A stretch of 32,000 nucleotides of DNA from Mycobacterium tuberculosis H37Rv (GCF_000195955.2 NC_000962.3:2670001-2702000); one strand, 5' to 3'; counted from the stretch's first letter, positions 10,765 through 19,941 are shown. Made by a program: numbers and translations. Notes: generated from the sequence alone by a model not told the origin.

Positions 10765-12018
10765 ATGCTGCATGAGTTCTGGGTGAACTTCACTCACAAC
10801 CTGTTCAAGCCGCTGCTGCTGTTCTTCTATTTCGGGTTCTTGATCCCGATCTTCAAGGTGCGATTCGAGTTCCCCTATGTGCTCTACCAGGGCCTAACCC
10901 TGTATCTGCTGCTGGCCATCGGTTGGCACGGCGGCGAAGAACTCGCCAAGATCAAGCCGTCCAACGTCGGCGCCATCGTTGGGTTCATGGTGGTTGGCTT
11001 CGCCTTGAACTTCGTGATCGGCACCTTGGCATACTTCCTGCTGAGCAAGCTGACCGCCATGCGCCGGGTCGACAGGGCGACGGTCGCCGGCTATTACGGG
11101 TCGGACTCGGCAGGGACATTTGCCACCTGTGTAGCAGTCCTGACCAGCGTCGGCATGGCCTTCGACGCCTACATGCCGGTCATGTTGGCCGTCATGGAGA
11201 TCCCCGGCTGCCTGGTGGCGCTGTATCTGGTGGCGCGGCTGCGGCACCGAGGGATGAACGAGGCGGGGTACATGGCCGACGAGCCCGGCTACACCACAGC
11301 GGCGATGATCGGAGCGGGGCCCGGCACGCCCGCCCGGCCCGCTCACAGCGACAGCCTCACGGCCCAAGCCGAGCGCGGCATCGAAGAAGAGTTGGAGCTC
11401 TCGCTGGAAAAGCGCGAGCATCCAAATTGGGATGAAGACGGCGTCAAAGACAGCGGCACGAATGCGTCGATCTTCTCACGCGAGTTGCTGCAGGAAGTTT
11501 TCCTCAACCCGGGGCTCGTTCTCCTCTTCGGCGGCATCGTCATCGGCCTGATCAGTGGACTGCAGGGACAGAAGGTCCTACACGACGACGACAACTTCTT
11601 TGTGGCGGCATTCCAGGGCGTACTTTGCCTGTTCCTGTTGGAGATGGGCATGACGGCGTCGCGTAAGTTGAAGGATCTGGCGTCGGCGGGCAGTGGGTTC
11701 GTTTTCTTCGGCCTGCTGGCACCGAATCTGTTTGCGACGCTTGGGATCATCGTGGCCCACGGCTACGCATACGTCACTAACAACGACTTCGCGCCGGGCA
11801 CATATGTGCTGTTCGCGGTGCTCTGCGGCGCGGCGTCCTATATCGCCGTCCCGGCCGTGCAACGGCTTGCGATCCCCGAGGCCAGTCCGACCTTGCCGCT
11901 GGCCGCGTCGCTGGGTTTGACGTTCTCCTACAACGTCACGATCGGGATCCCGCTGTACATCGAGATCGCCCGCATCGTCGGGCAATGGTTCCCTGCCACC
12001 GGGGCTTCGATCGGTTAG
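10765..12018 (+). CDS. SbtA-family (DUF897 / Na+-dependent bicarbonate-transporter-like) integral membrane permease
   Basis: This lies within ORF 10726..12018. I prefer the ATG at 10765, preceded by GGGAGG. The sequence has two hydrophobic halves separated by a roughly 70-aa hydrophilic loop. Blocks align by eye to cyanobacterial SbtA (VDRATVAGYYGSDSAGTF, MEIPG, FQGVLCLFLLEMGM, GAASYIAVPA). Confidence 0.85.
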   Translation: MLHEFWVNFTHNLFKPLLLFFYFGFLIPIFKVRFEFPYVLYQGLTLYLLLAIGWHGGEELAKIKPSNVGAIVGFMVVGFALNFVIGTLAYFLLSKLTAMRRVDRATVAGYYGSDSAGTFATCVAVLTSVGMAFDAYMPVMLAVMEIPGCLVALYLVARLRHRGMNEAGYMADEPGYTTAAMIGAGPGTPARPAHSDSLTAQAERGIEEELELSLEKREHPNWDEDGVKDSGTNASIFSRELLQEVFLNPGLVLLFGGIVIGLISGLQGQKVLHDDDNFFVAAFQGVLCLFLLEMGMTASRKLKDLASAGSGFVFFGLLAPNLFATLGIIVAHGYAYVTNNDFAPGTYVLFAVLCGAASYIAVPAVQRLAIPEASPTLPLAASLGLTFSYNVTIGIPLYIEIARIVGQWFPATGASIG

Positions 12019-13142
12019 CCCAGCAGAGTGCGCACCACCGCGTCGGCCAGCAATCGCCCCCGGCCGGTGAGGACCAGTCGGTCGCCGTGGTAGTCCAGCA
12101 ATCCGTCGGCCAACACCGCCTCGGCACGTTCCCGTTCGGCAGCCCCTAGCCGGGCGAGCGGTAGCCCCTGGCGCAGCCGGACCTTCAGCAACACGTCTTC
12201 GGTGTGCAAAGCGTCGGCGCCCAGCTGCTCGAAGCCCGCTACCGGCAACGTCGCCCCGGCCAGTATCTCGGCGTAAGTGTTGGGGTGCTTGACATTCCAC
12301 CAGCGTGTCACGCCAATGTAGCCGTGCGCGCCCGGACCTGCGCCCCACCACTGGCCACCGTCCCAATAACCCAGGTTGTGCCGGCACTCGCCGCCCGGTC
12401 GACACCAATTGGACACCTCGTACCAGGCAAACCCGGCCGCCGACAGCCGAGCATCGACCAACTCGTAGCGATGCGCCAGCACGTCGTCATCGGGCGCGGC
12501 CAGCTCACCACGCCGAACCCGGCGAGCCAGTGCCGTGCCGTGCTCGACGACCAAGGCATACGCGGACACATGATCCACACCGGCCTGCACCGCGGCGTCC
12601 ACTGAGCGCACCAGGTCGTCGTCGGACTCCCCCGGGGTTCCATAGATCAGGTCGAGGTTGACGTGTGTGAAGCCCTCCGCTATCGCCTCGGTGGCCGCGG
12701 CCGCCGCCCGGCCCGGCGAGTGCACCCGGTCCAAGGTTGCCAGCACCCTCGGGGCCACCGACTGCATGCCGAGCGACACCCGCGTGTAACCGGCCGCGCG
12801 GATCGTGGCGAAGAACTCCGGCCACGTCGACTCGGGGTTGGCCTCGGTGCTGACTTCGGCGTCGGGCGCCAGCACAAAGTGGTCCCGCACCATGTCCAGC
12901 AACGTGGCCAGGCGCTCCCCCCCGAGCAGCGATGGCGTCCCGCCACCCACATACACGGTATGCACCGTCGGTGCGTCCAGCTTGGCGGCCGCCAGTTCGA
13001 GCTCCGCCCGCAGCGCCAGCAGCCAACGGTCCGGGCTGACGCCACCCAGCTGGGCCGGGGTGTAGGTATTGAAGTCGCAGTACCCGCAACGGGTCAGGCA
13101 GAACGGGACGTGCAGGTAGACCCCGAACGGTTGTCCGGGCAT
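12015..13142 (-). CDS. hemN: Radical-SAM HemN/HemW-family protein (oxygen-independent coproporphyrinogen oxidase-like / heme chaperone)
   Basis: This lies within ORF 12015..13187. It has the CxxxCxxC motif PFCLTRCGYCDF and GGGTPS. The start is either ATG 13142 (375 aa) or ATG 13187. Its stop interleaves with the stop of the convergent permease gene (TTAG at 12015..12018). Confidence 0.9.
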   Translation of the reverse strand: MPGQPFGVYLHVPFCLTRCGYCDFNTYTPAQLGGVSPDRWLLALRAELELAAAKLDAPTVHTVYVGGGTPSLLGGERLATLLDMVRDHFVLAPDAEVSTEANPESTWPEFFATIRAAGYTRVSLGMQSVAPRVLATLDRVHSPGRAAAAATEAIAEGFTHVNLDLIYGTPGESDDDLVRSVDAAVQAGVDHVSAYALVVEHGTALARRVRRGELAAPDDDVLAHRYELVDARLSAAGFAWYEVSNWCRPGGECRHNLGYWDGGQWWGAGPGAHGYIGVTRWWNVKHPNTYAEILAGATLPVAGFEQLGADALHTEDVLLKVRLRQGLPLARLGAAERERAEAVLADGLLDYHGDRLVLTGRGRLLADAVVRTLLG

Positions 13143-13247
13143 GGGCGCCAGGCCGGGCAGCTCAACTGGTGCCTGCCGAAATACCATGCCAAATCATCGC
13201 ATAGCGCGTACCAGCTAGGGTGGCCAGCAATGTAACGCAGGCACACC

Positions 13248-13712
13248 TCAATCGTCCCTGCTCCCCGAACAACCTCCAGTCTCGGCCGCGAGGAACGTCA
13301 GGATGTGGGTGAGCGAGCCCAGCGGTGCGTCTCCCTGACTACAAGAACTACATTTCGGCCACGCACCCGGGCCTTGGGTTTTCATAATGTTGTCTGCGAC
13401 CTCGATCTGTTGCTGGGGACTCGCGGCCGCCGGCGACCCGACACCACCGTTGGAATCCCACGTCGCCTGGCTGATCTGCAGACCACCGTATAACCCGTTA
13501 CCGGTGTTGGCCGCCCAATTGCCGCCGGATTCGCATTGCGCGATGGCGTCCCAATCGATGTCGTCGGCTTTCGAGCTGATGGTGGACAGACCCAACAACG
13601 CGACAAACATGGTCGCGACAACGGCGGTTTCGATGAACACCGTGCATACGATCCTGGCGCACCTGTCACGTGGTCGGCCAGCACCCGCAGTAGTAAGCAA
13701 ACCCGGTGTCAT
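13248..13712 (-). CDS. rpfD: Resuscitation-promoting factor RpfD (lytic transglycosylase-like)
   Basis: 154-aa ORF with an N-terminal TM segment and the Rpf domain WDAIAQCESGGNWAANTGNGLYGGLQISQATW. Its ATG overlaps the upstream gene's stop (ATGA at 13709..13712). Confidence 0.95.
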   Translation of the reverse strand: MTPGLLTTAGAGRPRDRCARIVCTVFIETAVVATMFVALLGLSTISSKADDIDWDAIAQCESGGNWAANTGNGLYGGLQISQATWDSNGGVGSPAAASPQQQIEVADNIMKTQGPGAWPKCSSCSQGDAPLGSLTHILTFLAAETGGCSGSRDD

Positions 13713-14266
13713 AGCAGCTCCACCTTGCTGGCCAGCCAGCGGCCGTTCACCTTGTCCATGATCACCTTGATCCGACTGCGGTCGATCTGCGGCGTTGGGC
13801 TGTTCCGGTTGCTGACCGACTGGTCGATGAACATCAGGACCACTACCTTGTTCGTGGTGGCTGATTTGACCGACGCCGCCACGACGGTCCCGTGGGTGGC
13901 CACCCGATTGTCGGCCAGCAGTTGGCGAAGGTGCGCACTGGATTTGCCGTACTTATCTTTGAACTCGCCGGTCGAACCCTCGAGAATGTCCCTCATGTTG
14001 TGGTCGATCCGCTCACAGTCCATGGTGGCCAGCTTGACGACATAGCTGCGTGCGGCCTGCAGTGCCTGGCCGGCGGCGACGTCTGTCTGATGCTTCTCAA
14101 AGAGCACCCATCCGCACCATCCAGACCCGGCCAACGACACAACCACCGCGACGGCGCCAACCCAGCCAATCACCGATCTGGTTAACCGACCGCGGCCGGG
14201 AGTTTCGGCCGGTTCGCCGGTGCCGCCTGGCTCACTTGCACCGTGGCCCCGGCCGAAGATGGCCAT
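13709..14266 (-). CDS. Mce-associated membrane protein family (orphan Mam/Mas-like) protein
   Basis: This lies within ORF 13709..14275 (MAIFGRGHG... from ATG 14266). It has a single N-terminal TM helix (WVGAVAVVVSLAGSGWCGWVLF) followed by a Mas-type ectodomain ending ...KVNGRWLASKVELL. Confidence 0.85.
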   Translation of the reverse strand: MAIFGRGHGASEPGGTGEPAETPGRGRLTRSVIGWVGAVAVVVSLAGSGWCGWVLFEKHQTDVAAGQALQAARSYVVKLATMDCERIDHNMRDILEGSTGEFKDKYGKSSAHLRQLLADNRVATHGTVVAASVKSATTNKVVVLMFIDQSVSNRNSPTPQIDRSRIKVIMDKVNGRWLASKVELL

Positions 14267-14678
14267 TCTGCGCACGATTGACCTCGATCACTATCCGCTA
14301 AGACAACTATCTCAGTAGTCATATTTGGTCACATCTGTCACTCCTGTCAACGTCAGGTGCGCGTCTCCCAGCGGATTCCCGGGTCGGCCTATCCATCCAT
14401 CCAGGCTTGTTGCGTAGTTTTGATCATCGTGAAAAGAAATTTGACCAGGTCGCGCAGCTGCACGCCATCCATGGCAGAATGTCACCGTGACCGCCGCCAA
14501 GAACCCGCGCCCCGATCTGCGAATCGCGCTGGTGGCTCGGCGGCACATCGACCTCAAGCGGGTCTGCAGCTGTGGCTGTCGGCCTTGACGCCGTAAACCC
14601 AGCCCACCTGTATCTGCAGCCGGCGACCGGATCTGCCCCTCCCGGAACAAGCGGCGTTTAGCGCGTCCTAGGTCGGCG

Positions 14679-16370
14679 ATGTCCGCGAAGGAGAACCCCC
14701 AAATGACCACTGCACGTCCCGCCAAGGCTCGAAATGAGGGCCAGTGGGCGCTGGGACATCGCGAGCCACTCAACGCCAACGAAGAGCTGAAGAAGGCCGG
14801 CAACCCGCTCGACGTGCGGGAGCGCATCGAAAACATCTACGCCAAACAGGGTTTCGACAGCATCGACAAGACCGACCTGCGAGGGCGCTTTCGCTGGTGG
14901 GGCCTGTACACCCAGCGTGAGCAGGGCTACGACGGCACCTGGACCGGTGACGACAACATCGACAAGCTCGAGGCCAAATACTTCATGATGCGGGTGCGTT
15001 GCGACGGCGGCGCGCTCTCGGCTGCCGCGCTGCGCACGCTGGGCCAGATCTCGACGGAGTTCGCGCGCGATACCGCCGATATCTCCGACCGGCAGAACGT
15101 GCAATACCACTGGATCGAAGTGGAAAACGTCCCTGAAATCTGGCGACGGTTAGACGATGTCGGACTGCAGACCACCGAGGCGTGCGGTGACTGCCCGCGG
15201 GTAGTGCTGGGCTCGCCGTTGGCCGGCGAGTCGCTCGACGAAGTGCTCGACCCGACCTGGGCGATCGAGGAGATCGTGCGTCGCTACATCGGCAAGCCCG
15301 ACTTCGCCGACTTGCCGCGCAAGTACAAGACCGCCATCTCTGGCCTGCAGGACGTCGCGCACGAGATCAACGACGTCGCCTTCATCGGCGTCAACCATCC
15401 CGAGCACGGACCAGGCCTGGATCTGTGGGTGGGCGGTGGACTGTCGACCAACCCGATGCTGGCCCAGCGGGTCGGCGCCTGGGTTCCACTGGGCGAAGTG
15501 CCCGAGGTGTGGGCGGCGGTCACCTCGGTGTTTCGCGACTACGGCTACCGGCGACTGCGCGCCAAGGCCCGGCTGAAATTTCTGATCAAAGACTGGGGCA
15601 TAGCGAAGTTCCGCGAAGTGCTCGAAACCGAGTACCTCAAGCGTCCGCTGATCGACGGTCCGGCCCCCGAACCGGTCAAGCATCCGATCGACCACGTCGG
15701 GGTGCAACGACTCAAGAACGGGCTCAACGCCGTCGGAGTCGCCCCCATCGCCGGGCGGGTATCGGGCACCATCCTCACGGCGGTCGCCGACCTGATGGCG
15801 CGGGCCGGTTCCGACCGGATCCGGTTCACCCCCTACCAGAAGCTGGTCATCCTCGACATTCCGGACGCCTTGCTCGACGACTTGATCGCCGGTCTGGACG
15901 CGCTGGGGCTGCAGTCGCGCCCGTCGCATTGGCGCCGGAACTTGATGGCGTGCAGCGGGATTGAGTTCTGCAAGTTGTCATTCGCCGAAACCCGGGTTCG
16001 AGCACAGCATTTGGTGCCCGAGCTGGAACGCCGGCTTGAGGACATCAACTCGCAGCTCGACGTACCGATCACCGTCAACATCAACGGCTGCCCGAACTCA
16101 TGTGCGCGAATTCAAATCGCCGACATCGGATTCAAGGGACAGATGATCGACGACGGACACGGCGGCTCCGTCGAAGGCTTCCAGGTGCATCTGGGCGGAC
16201 ACCTCGGCCTGGATGCCGGATTCGGCCGCAAACTGCGCCAGCACAAGGTCACCAGTGACGAACTCGGCGACTACATCGACCGGGTGGTGCGCAACTTCGT
16301 CAAACACCGCAGCGAAGGTGAACGCTTCGCGCAGTGGGTCATCCGGGCCGAGGAGGACGACCTGCGATGA
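14679..16370 (+). CDS. sirA: Ferredoxin-dependent sulfite reductase (siroheme/4Fe-4S; annotated nirA/sirA)
   Basis: 563-aa ORF with cluster/siroheme cysteine motifs CSGIEFC and GCPNSCARIQ. It is followed by cysH with an ATGA overlap. An alternative in-frame ATG at 14703 has a better Shine-Dalgarno sequence (see findings). Confidence 0.93.
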   Translation: MSAKENPQMTTARPAKARNEGQWALGHREPLNANEELKKAGNPLDVRERIENIYAKQGFDSIDKTDLRGRFRWWGLYTQREQGYDGTWTGDDNIDKLEAKYFMMRVRCDGGALSAAALRTLGQISTEFARDTADISDRQNVQYHWIEVENVPEIWRRLDDVGLQTTEACGDCPRVVLGSPLAGESLDEVLDPTWAIEEIVRRYIGKPDFADLPRKYKTAISGLQDVAHEINDVAFIGVNHPEHGPGLDLWVGGGLSTNPMLAQRVGAWVPLGEVPEVWAAVTSVFRDYGYRRLRAKARLKFLIKDWGIAKFREVLETEYLKRPLIDGPAPEPVKHPIDHVGVQRLKNGLNAVGVAPIAGRVSGTILTAVADLMARAGSDRIRFTPYQKLVILDIPDALLDDLIAGLDALGLQSRPSHWRRNLMACSGIEFCKLSFAETRVRAQHLVPELERRLEDINSQLDVPITVNINGCPNSCARIQIADIGFKGQMIDDGHGGSVEGFQVHLGGHLGLDAGFGRKLRQHKVTSDELGDYIDRVVRNFVKHRSEGERFAQWVIRAEEDDLR

Positions 16371-17131
16371 GCGGCGAGACAACCAGGCTGACCGAACCGC
16401 AACTACGTGAGCTGGCCGCGCGCGGAGCTGCCGAACTCGACGGCGCCACCGCCACCGACATGTTGCGCTGGACCGACGAAACCTTCGGCGACATCGGCGG
16501 CGCCGGCGGCGGCGTGAGCGGACATCGCGGGTGGACAACGTGCAACTACGTAGTTGCTTCCAACATGGCTGATGCGGTGCTGGTGGATCTGGCCGCCAAG
16601 GTGCGACCGGGCGTACCGGTCATCTTTCTTGATACCGGCTACCACTTCGTCGAAACAATCGGCACCAGAGATGCGATCGAGTCCGTCTATGACGTCCGGG
16701 TGCTCAATGTCACTCCGGAGCACACAGTGGCCGAGCAGGACGAACTGCTGGGCAAGGACTTGTTCGCCCGCAACCCCCATGAATGCTGCCGGTTGCGCAA
16801 GGTCGTTCCCCTGGGCAAGACGCTGCGTGGCTACTCCGCGTGGGTGACCGGGCTACGGCGGGTCGATGCACCGACCCGGGCCAATGCCCCGCTGGTCAGC
16901 TTCGATGAGACGTTCAAACTAGTGAAGGTCAACCCGCTGGCGGCGTGGACCGACCAAGATGTGCAGGAATACATTGCCGACAACGACGTGCTGGTTAATC
17001 CGCTTGTGCGGGAAGGCTATCCGTCGATCGGTTGCGCTCCGTGCACAGCCAAACCCGCCGAAGGCGCCGACCCGCGCAGCGGACGCTGGCAGGGGCTGGC
17101 CAAGACCGAATGCGGGTTGCACGCCTCGTGA
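16367..17131 (+). CDS. cysH: Adenosine 5'-phosphosulfate (APS) reductase
   Basis: This lies within ORF 16334..17131. The ATG at 16367 overlaps the sirA stop. Fe-S motifs ECCRLRKV and SIGCAPCT are present, along with the C-terminal catalytic KTECGLH. Confidence 0.95.
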   Translation: MSGETTRLTEPQLRELAARGAAELDGATATDMLRWTDETFGDIGGAGGGVSGHRGWTTCNYVVASNMADAVLVDLAAKVRPGVPVIFLDTGYHFVETIGTRDAIESVYDVRVLNVTPEHTVAEQDELLGKDLFARNPHECCRLRKVVPLGKTLRGYSAWVTGLRRVDAPTRANAPLVSFDETFKLVKVNPLAAWTDQDVQEYIADNDVLVNPLVREGYPSIGCAPCTAKPAEGADPRSGRWQGLAKTECGLHAS

Positions 17132-17973
17132 CCGCGCCGGCGACGATGCAGAGCGCAGCGATGCTGAGGAGCGGCGCCATCGAAGCACCGCCGGCGACGA
17201 TGCAGAGCGCAGCGATGCGGTGGGGGCACCTCCCGCTTGCGGAGGAGAGCGGCACCATCGCGCCTCAGCTCGTCCTCACCGCACACGGCAGCAAAGATCC
17301 GCGATCGGCCGCCAACGCACGGGCTATCGCGGGCCGGCTGGCGCGCATGCGGCCCGGGCTCGACGTGCGGGTCGCGTTCTGTGAGCTCAACTCGCCCAAC
17401 CTGGTCGACGTGCTCAACCGCTGTCGAGGAGCAGCTGTGGTCACCCCGCTGCTGCTGGCCGATGCCTACCATGCTCGCGTCGACATCCCTGCCCAGATCG
17501 CCAGCTGCCGCGTTGGTCACCGGGTACGCCAGGCCAGTGTGCTGGGTGAGGACATTCGGCTGGTGTCAGCGCTGCATGAGCGCCTCACCGAGCTGGGGGT
17601 TTCGCCGTTCGACCACACACTGGGGGTGGTCGTGCTCGCGATCGGCTCATCGCATCCCGCGGCCAATGCGCGCACCTCGACGGTGGCGTCAAGGCTGGCG
17701 GAGGGGACCCAGTGGGCCGCGGTGACGACCGCTTTCATCACCCGACCGGAGGCTTCGCTGGCCGATGCCACCGATCGGTTGCGACGCCACGGTGCCCGTC
17801 GGATGGTCATCGCGCCATGGCTGCTCGCCCCTGGGATACTGTCTGACCGGGTACGCGGATACGCACGGGAAGCCGGCATCGCGATGGCACAACCGCTGGG
17901 TGCACACCCGATGGTGGCCGCGACCATGTGGGATCGCTACCGACAAGCCGTGGCCGGTCGGATCGCGGCCTAG
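17128..17973 (+). CDS. che1: CbiX/SirB-type sirohydrochlorin ferrochelatase (two-lobed)
   Basis: This lies within ORF 17032..17973. The GTG at 17128 overlaps the cysH stop (GTGA). There are two CbiX-like halves (LVLTAHGSKDPRS and VVLAIGSSHPAANA). The first ~45 codons are MIRU-derived, so the true start is uncertain. Confidence 0.85.
   Translation: MTAPATMQSAAMLRSGAIEAPPATMQSAAMRWGHLPLAEESGTIAPQLVLTAHGSKDPRSAANARAIAGRLARMRPGLDVRVAFCELNSPNLVDVLNRCRGAAVVTPLLLADAYHARVDIPAQIASCRVGHRVRQASVLGEDIRLVSALHERLTELGVSPFDHTLGVVVLAIGSSHPAANARTSTVASRLAEGTQWAAVTTAFITRPEASLADATDRLRRHGARRMVIAPWLLAPGILSDRVRGYAREAGIAMAQPLGAHPMVAATMWDRYRQAVAGRIAA
17135..17265. repeat. MIRU-type tandem repeat: one 54-bp unit plus one 77-bp unit
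   Basis: An identical 30-mer, CGCCGGCGACGATGCAGAGCGCAGCGATGC, occurs at 17135..17164 and 17189..17218 (period 54). The unit tails are homologous (GAGGAG..CGGCnCCATCG). The second unit carries a 23-nt insertion at 17219..17241. The reverse complement matches the MIRU consensus core I remember (GCTGCGCTCTGCATCGTCGCCGGCG). Confidence 0.8.
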
Positions 17974-18009
17974 GTCTTCTCGAAGGTCTGCTGGAACGGA
18001 TGTCCTCTG

Positions 18010-19941
18010 GTGAGTGTTTGGTTGCGAGCGGGCGCCTTGGTGGCTGCAGTGATGCTGTCGCTGAGCGGATGTGGCGGCTTCCACGCGGGTGCGCCAAGCA
18101 CGGCCGGTCCGTGCGAGATCGTCCCCAATGGCACGCCGGCGCCCAAGACACCCCCGGCTACCGTGCCTTCGTCGCGCAACCTCGCGACCAACCCCGAGAT
18201 CGCCACCGGCTACCGCCGGGACATGACCGTGGTGCGGACCGCCCACTATGCGGCAGCCACCGCCAATCCGCTGGCCACTCAGGTGGCCTGCCGAGTATTG
18301 CGCGACGGTGGTACCGCCGCCGATGCCGTCGTGGCCGCCCAGGCGGTGCTGGGGTTGGTCGAACCGCAATCCTCCGGGATCGGCGGCGGCGGATATCTGG
18401 TGTACTTCGACGCCCGCACGGGCTCAGTGCAGGCCTACGACGGCCGTGAGGTGGCCCCAGCGGCCGCCACCGAGAACTACCTTCGCTGGGTCAGCGACGT
18501 CGACCGCAGCGCGCCCAGGCCCAACGCCCGAGCCTCGGGACGGTCGATCGGAGTACCGGGCATCCTGCGAATGCTGGAGATGGTGCACAACGAGCACGGG
18601 CGCACACCCTGGCGCGACCTCTTCGGCCCCGCGGTAACGCTGGCCGATGGCGGTTTTGACATCAGCGCCAGGATGGGCGCGGCCATCTCCGACGCTGCGC
18701 CGCAACTGCGAGACGACCCGGAGGCTCGCAAGTATTTCCTCAATCCCGACGGCAGCCCGAAACCCGCGGGAACCCGGCTGACGAACCCCGCGTACTCAAA
18801 AACCCTGTCCGCCATCGCCTCCGCCGGCGCCAACGCCTTCTATTCCGGCGACATTGCCCACGACATCGTGGCGGCGGCGAGCGACACATCGAATGGCCGC
18901 ACGCCGGGCCTGTTGACCATTGAGGACCTGGCGGGTTACCTCGCCAAGAGACGCCAACCGTTGTGCACGACCTATCGCGGCCGGGAGATCTGCGGCATGC
19001 CATCGTCGGGTGGCGTCGCCGTGGCCGCAACCTTGGGCATCCTCGAGCACTTCCCGATGAGCGACTACGCGCCCAGCAAGGTCGACCTCAACGGCGGTCG
19101 CCCGACCGTGATGGGGGTTCACCTGATAGCGGAGGCCGAACGGCTGGCCTATGCCGACCGCGACCAATATATCGCTGACGTCGATTTTGTCCGGCTGCCC
19201 GGCGGCTCGCTCACCACGCTGGTTGACCCGGGCTACTTGGCAGCACGCGCCGCGCTAATCTCGCCGCAACACAGCATGGGCAGCGCCAGACCGGGGGACT
19301 TCGGCGCACCGACGGCCGTCGCCCCGCCAGTGCCTGAGCATGGCACCAGCCACCTCAGCGTCGTCGATTCGTACGGCAATGCGGCCACGTTGACGACGAC
19401 GGTGGAATCTTCGTTCGGCTCCTACCACCTGGTGGACGGATTCATCCTCAACAACCAGCTGAGCGATTTCAGCGCCGAGCCACACGCTACTGACGGATCA
19501 CCGGTGGCTAACCGGGTCGAGCCTGGGAAGCGACCGCGCAGTTCGATGGCACCGACGTTGGTGTTCGATCACTCGTCGGCGGGGCGCGGTGCGCTGTACG
19601 CGGTGCTCGGTTCTCCGGGCGGCTCCATGATCATCCAGTTCGTCGTGAAAACACTTGTGGCGATGCTGGATTGGGGTCTGAATCCGCAGCAGGCGGTTTC
19701 CCTGGTCGATTTCGGCGCCGCGAACTCGCCGCACACTAACCTCGGCGGTGAGAATCCCGAGATCAACACTTCCGACGATGGTGATCATGACCCGCTGGTG
19801 CAAGGCCTGCGCGCGCTGGGGCATCGAGTTAATCTTGCCGAGCAATCCAGTGGGCTCTCGGCGATCACCCGCAGCGAGGCGGGTTGGGCCGGCGGCGCCG
19901 ACCCACGCCGCGAAGGCGCGGTCATGGGCGACGATGCCTGA
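18010..19941 (+). CDS. ggtB: Gamma-glutamyltranspeptidase precursor, lipoprotein
   Basis: 643-aa ORF with a GTG start. It has the lipobox LSLSGC after a hydrophobic h-region, and the Ntn-hydrolase autoprocessing site PEHGTSHLSVVD. The GGT family C-terminus is present (GSPGGSMII). Confidence 0.93.
   Translation: MSVWLRAGALVAAVMLSLSGCGGFHAGAPSTAGPCEIVPNGTPAPKTPPATVPSSRNLATNPEIATGYRRDMTVVRTAHYAAATANPLATQVACRVLRDGGTAADAVVAAQAVLGLVEPQSSGIGGGGYLVYFDARTGSVQAYDGREVAPAAATENYLRWVSDVDRSAPRPNARASGRSIGVPGILRMLEMVHNEHGRTPWRDLFGPAVTLADGGFDISARMGAAISDAAPQLRDDPEARKYFLNPDGSPKPAGTRLTNPAYSKTLSAIASAGANAFYSGDIAHDIVAAASDTSNGRTPGLLTIEDLAGYLAKRRQPLCTTYRGREICGMPSSGGVAVAATLGILEHFPMSDYAPSKVDLNGGRPTVMGVHLIAEAERLAYADRDQYIADVDFVRLPGGSLTTLVDPGYLAARAALISPQHSMGSARPGDFGAPTAVAPPVPEHGTSHLSVVDSYGNAATLTTTVESSFGSYHLVDGFILNNQLSDFSAEPHATDGSPVANRVEPGKRPRSSMAPTLVFDHSSAGRGALYAVLGSPGGSMIIQFVVKTLVAMLDWGLNPQQAVSLVDFGAANSPHTNLGGENPEINTSDDGDHDPLVQGLRALGHRVNLAEQSSGLSAITRSEAGWAGGADPRREGAVMGDDA

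Noticed and set aside
14312-14836. 174-codon minus-strand ORF across the Rv2390c/sirA intergenic region and the sirA 5' end
   Set aside because: It has poor composition and no start context, and it overlaps the well-supported sirA start. I also looked in 14276..14678 for promoters or riboswitch-like structure. I found only AT-richer stretches and an 8-mer TCTGCAGC repeated 46 nt apart, which is not enough for a call.
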